From positions 14,297 to 78,296 of the IMG/VR virus record IMGVR_UViG_638276472_000001: DNA of 64,000 bases. The stretch is one strand, 5' to 3'. A model generated the notes under the pieces. It worked only from the letters and a program-made list of their open reading frames with translations, had not been told where the DNA came from and made no database searches. Below are positions 61,875 through 64,000 of this stretch, one piece after another; the first letter of the stretch is position 1; each line of letters starts with the position of its first letter. The position numbers and the translations under genes were made by a program. Origin of the DNA: a virus. Taxonomy: Duplodnaviria > Caudoviricetes.

Positions 61875-61925
61875 GCCCGTGAGTGTTCCGATGATGACTC
61901 TTACGATTCAAGATGAATCACGGGC
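61875..61925 (-). ncRNA. 51-nt divergent class I-like three-way junction
   Basis: GCCCGT-GATTCA tct TGAATC-GTAA-GAGT catcatcggaac ACTC-ACGGGC. Confidence 0.55.
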
Positions 61926-61929
61926 AAAC

Positions 61930-64000
61930 ACAATGGATTTGGAAAGAGAGAAGGCTGACACCAGAACCGAACCCGACTGTCTCACAAGCCAATTGGATTT
62001 TCACAGTGTTACAACGATTCGAACGGACCATCTGTGTTCACGGTGTCTGGTAGATCGCCTCAAGTGAGGTGAGAGCTGAACCGCTGGTGTAGGACCACGT
62101 CACCAGGAAAGACCTGGGATAGGTGACCATCACAGCGCATGTGCCAATTGCTGCCGGTAGGTGTGCCAGCTATTTAGTTCTCATGCCTTCCGCGCGCTCT
62201 CATTGCGCTTCCCGTGCCCGAAGGTTTCGGTTCTGCGGTACTCCGGTACGAATGACCCGTGTCAGGTAGTCACCCGCTGAGCTGTACCCTCACGCTTTCG
62301 CGTCAGGCCTCGGCTCTGCCGGTAGGTCACCCCCCCGCGCGGGGCGAAGGTGGTGGTTAGCGGTTCCCAGGGCATGCGGTCCCGCTCACAACCACCATCA
62401 TTCCCCAGGTGGTCAAGTGCTGCCCTGGTCACCAGGGAGAACGTCACCAGGGCGGCACACCTGGGTGTGCAGTGACCCCAGAGGGCACATCCCGACCAGG
62501 GCACTTCCACGGAGAGTGACGAACGGACTTACCCATGTGCGATTGCTACCAGGAAGGTTGTCAGTCTGTTAGATCTTGATTCAGGGGCCATTCTGTACAT
62601 TTGCCCAGGTCAGCCCAGGTATGGGTGCTTGCTGTTGTTAGCACTGTGTTAGCGCTCGATACATAGCCTGACCAGGCTTTATAACAGTCTGGTAACGATA
62701 CTTGCTACCACCTGACATAATGTAATCGAAAAGCTTTCGGTAAGCATGTACTTAGACAGTCTTCCTAGATTCATGTTCTAATGTCAGGACAAAGGTTTGT
62801 CAGGACAAAGGTCGGATTTTGGCCTGGCCCAGGTACGTACCCAAAACATCGAAATGATTGCGTCCCAACGTGTTTCGGAAATGCCTTGTGGCACAACGGG
62901 AAATACCTTGTTCAGTCCTGACGGTGTTCACCTGGGATGAACCGCACGGGACACTGAACACGTCCTGGGCACACCTACACATGGGCACGGACACCAATTC
63001 CCCAAACACGTTGCCACACCGTCTGATTGAGCCCGGGAATGGCCAAACCTGTTGCGTCCCATAGTCGGTACCCATGGCGCTATGGCATGCCCTGTAGACA
63101 CACCTGGGGGTCATATGGACTGTATGACTGATGGTCTAACCATTGTCTGGTGAATGGATTAACCATCACACAATCACACCATCGAATTGCCCAATGGTCT
63201 AACCATCAAATCTTGAAATGGTATGACCTCAGACCGTAGGACCGTATGGCCAGAATTCACCCCTGGGCTGAATGGCATTGGGGGACATAGGGAATGGTGC
63301 TTGTATGGCTCTCAGAATGGCCAAATGTGTTGTGGCGCAACGGTGCCCAGAGGTTTGGCCGCAAAAGGAGAAAAAGGACCTTTGAACCACAATTCAACCC
63401 TTCTGCAATACAGCCGTATAGGCCTACAGGGAATGGACGCTATACGCATATACAGCACTAGCCCCATATGGCGCTCACCTACACCCAGGGAATGGCATGC
63501 GCACCCAATAGTGAATGGGCTCACAATGGCGTGATTCGCTCTCACACAATGGCCAGACTGGTAAATGGGAATGGCTCACAGGGTTGATAAAGGTGCGCTC
63601 AACTCTATCAAGATCAGTTGTTTAGCCTGTCAAAAGGAAATCTGAGTTATCTGTAACCGCATCAAGATCAGTATGTGTTACCGGCCTGCCAGTTAAGGTC
63701 AGACCAATGCCCTGACCAGGCACTATGCAAGTGTGAATATGGGTCATCCTGGGGAAATGCACCAAACATGCAGGTCAGAGGCTTAGTTAGCACATCAAAC
63801 ACAGGTTGTGAACATGCAGGTCAAGACGACTTACAGATGCAGATGAATGGTGGCAACAATGGCCAATTCCAAGTTTGCCCAGAAGCATTCAAGCCAGCAA
63901 ACAACGCACTCTGACCAGGCAATATGCCGAGGATGTGAGGTGCCAGCAACGTGCATCCGTTTGCCAGGGGGGGTACCCCGAGCTGCGAAATGGCCGGACA
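61930..64000. other. apparently non-coding right-terminal region with short repeats
   Basis: No ORF with a credible SD, lower GC, several repeated motifs. Ends in GGGGGGGTACCCC. Confidence 0.6.
63131..63206. repeat. three ATGG-N5-CCAT inverted-repeat boxes
   Basis: ATGGTCTAACCAT at 63131 and 63194, ATGGATTAACCAT at 63154. Confidence 0.7.

Noticed and set aside
57633-61925. Cassettes read as hammerhead, twister or HDV ribozymes, or as terminators
   Set aside because: There is no CUGANGA/GAAA or other catalytic core and no U tract on the coding strand. Some copies have short T runs on the plus strand, so antisense termination is not fully excluded.
63967-64000. cos end assignment
   Set aside because: The GGGGGGGTACCCC motif is suggestive, but the physical end cannot be determined from the window.

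Overview
The window is the right-hand ~64 kb of a siphoviral actinobacteriophage, almost certainly a mycobacteriophage (LysA plus LysB, two WhiB genes, mycobacterial-type tail genes). Its gene order, tmRNA and tRNA array resemble Wildcat-like cluster V phages; this is recalled, not searched. Layout: (1) 1-21.1 kb, head-tail connector, major tail, frameshifted chaperones, a 1983-aa tape measure and minor tail genes. (2) 21.1-25.3 kb, lysis cassette and NrdH. (3) 25.4-27.5 kb, a short leftward operon with a Pol-beta-type nucleotidyltransferase. (4) 27.8-44.4 kb, rightward recombination, replication and nucleotide genes (ERF, exonuclease, ClpP-like, SSB, DnaB, WhiB, resolvase, HNHs, phosphatase). 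(5) 44.5-49.0 kb, a tmRNA plus 24 conventional tRNAs covering all 20 amino acids and one D-armless tRNA-like gene, separated by highly structured spacers. (6) 49-53 kb, small rightward genes. (7) 53-61.9 kb, a leftward operon of small genes. (8) A 2.1-kb apparently non-coding right end. No integrase, repressor, DNA polymerase or primase was recognised. The most striking signal is in the leftward operon: 12 intergenic structured elements, several of them clear tRNA mimics with strong covariation. Each is followed by an RC(T/G)R tail, a second hairpin and a conserved Shine-Dalgarno block. This suggests a tRNA-punctuation-like mRNA processing system or an array of small RNAs. All structures were folded by eye.
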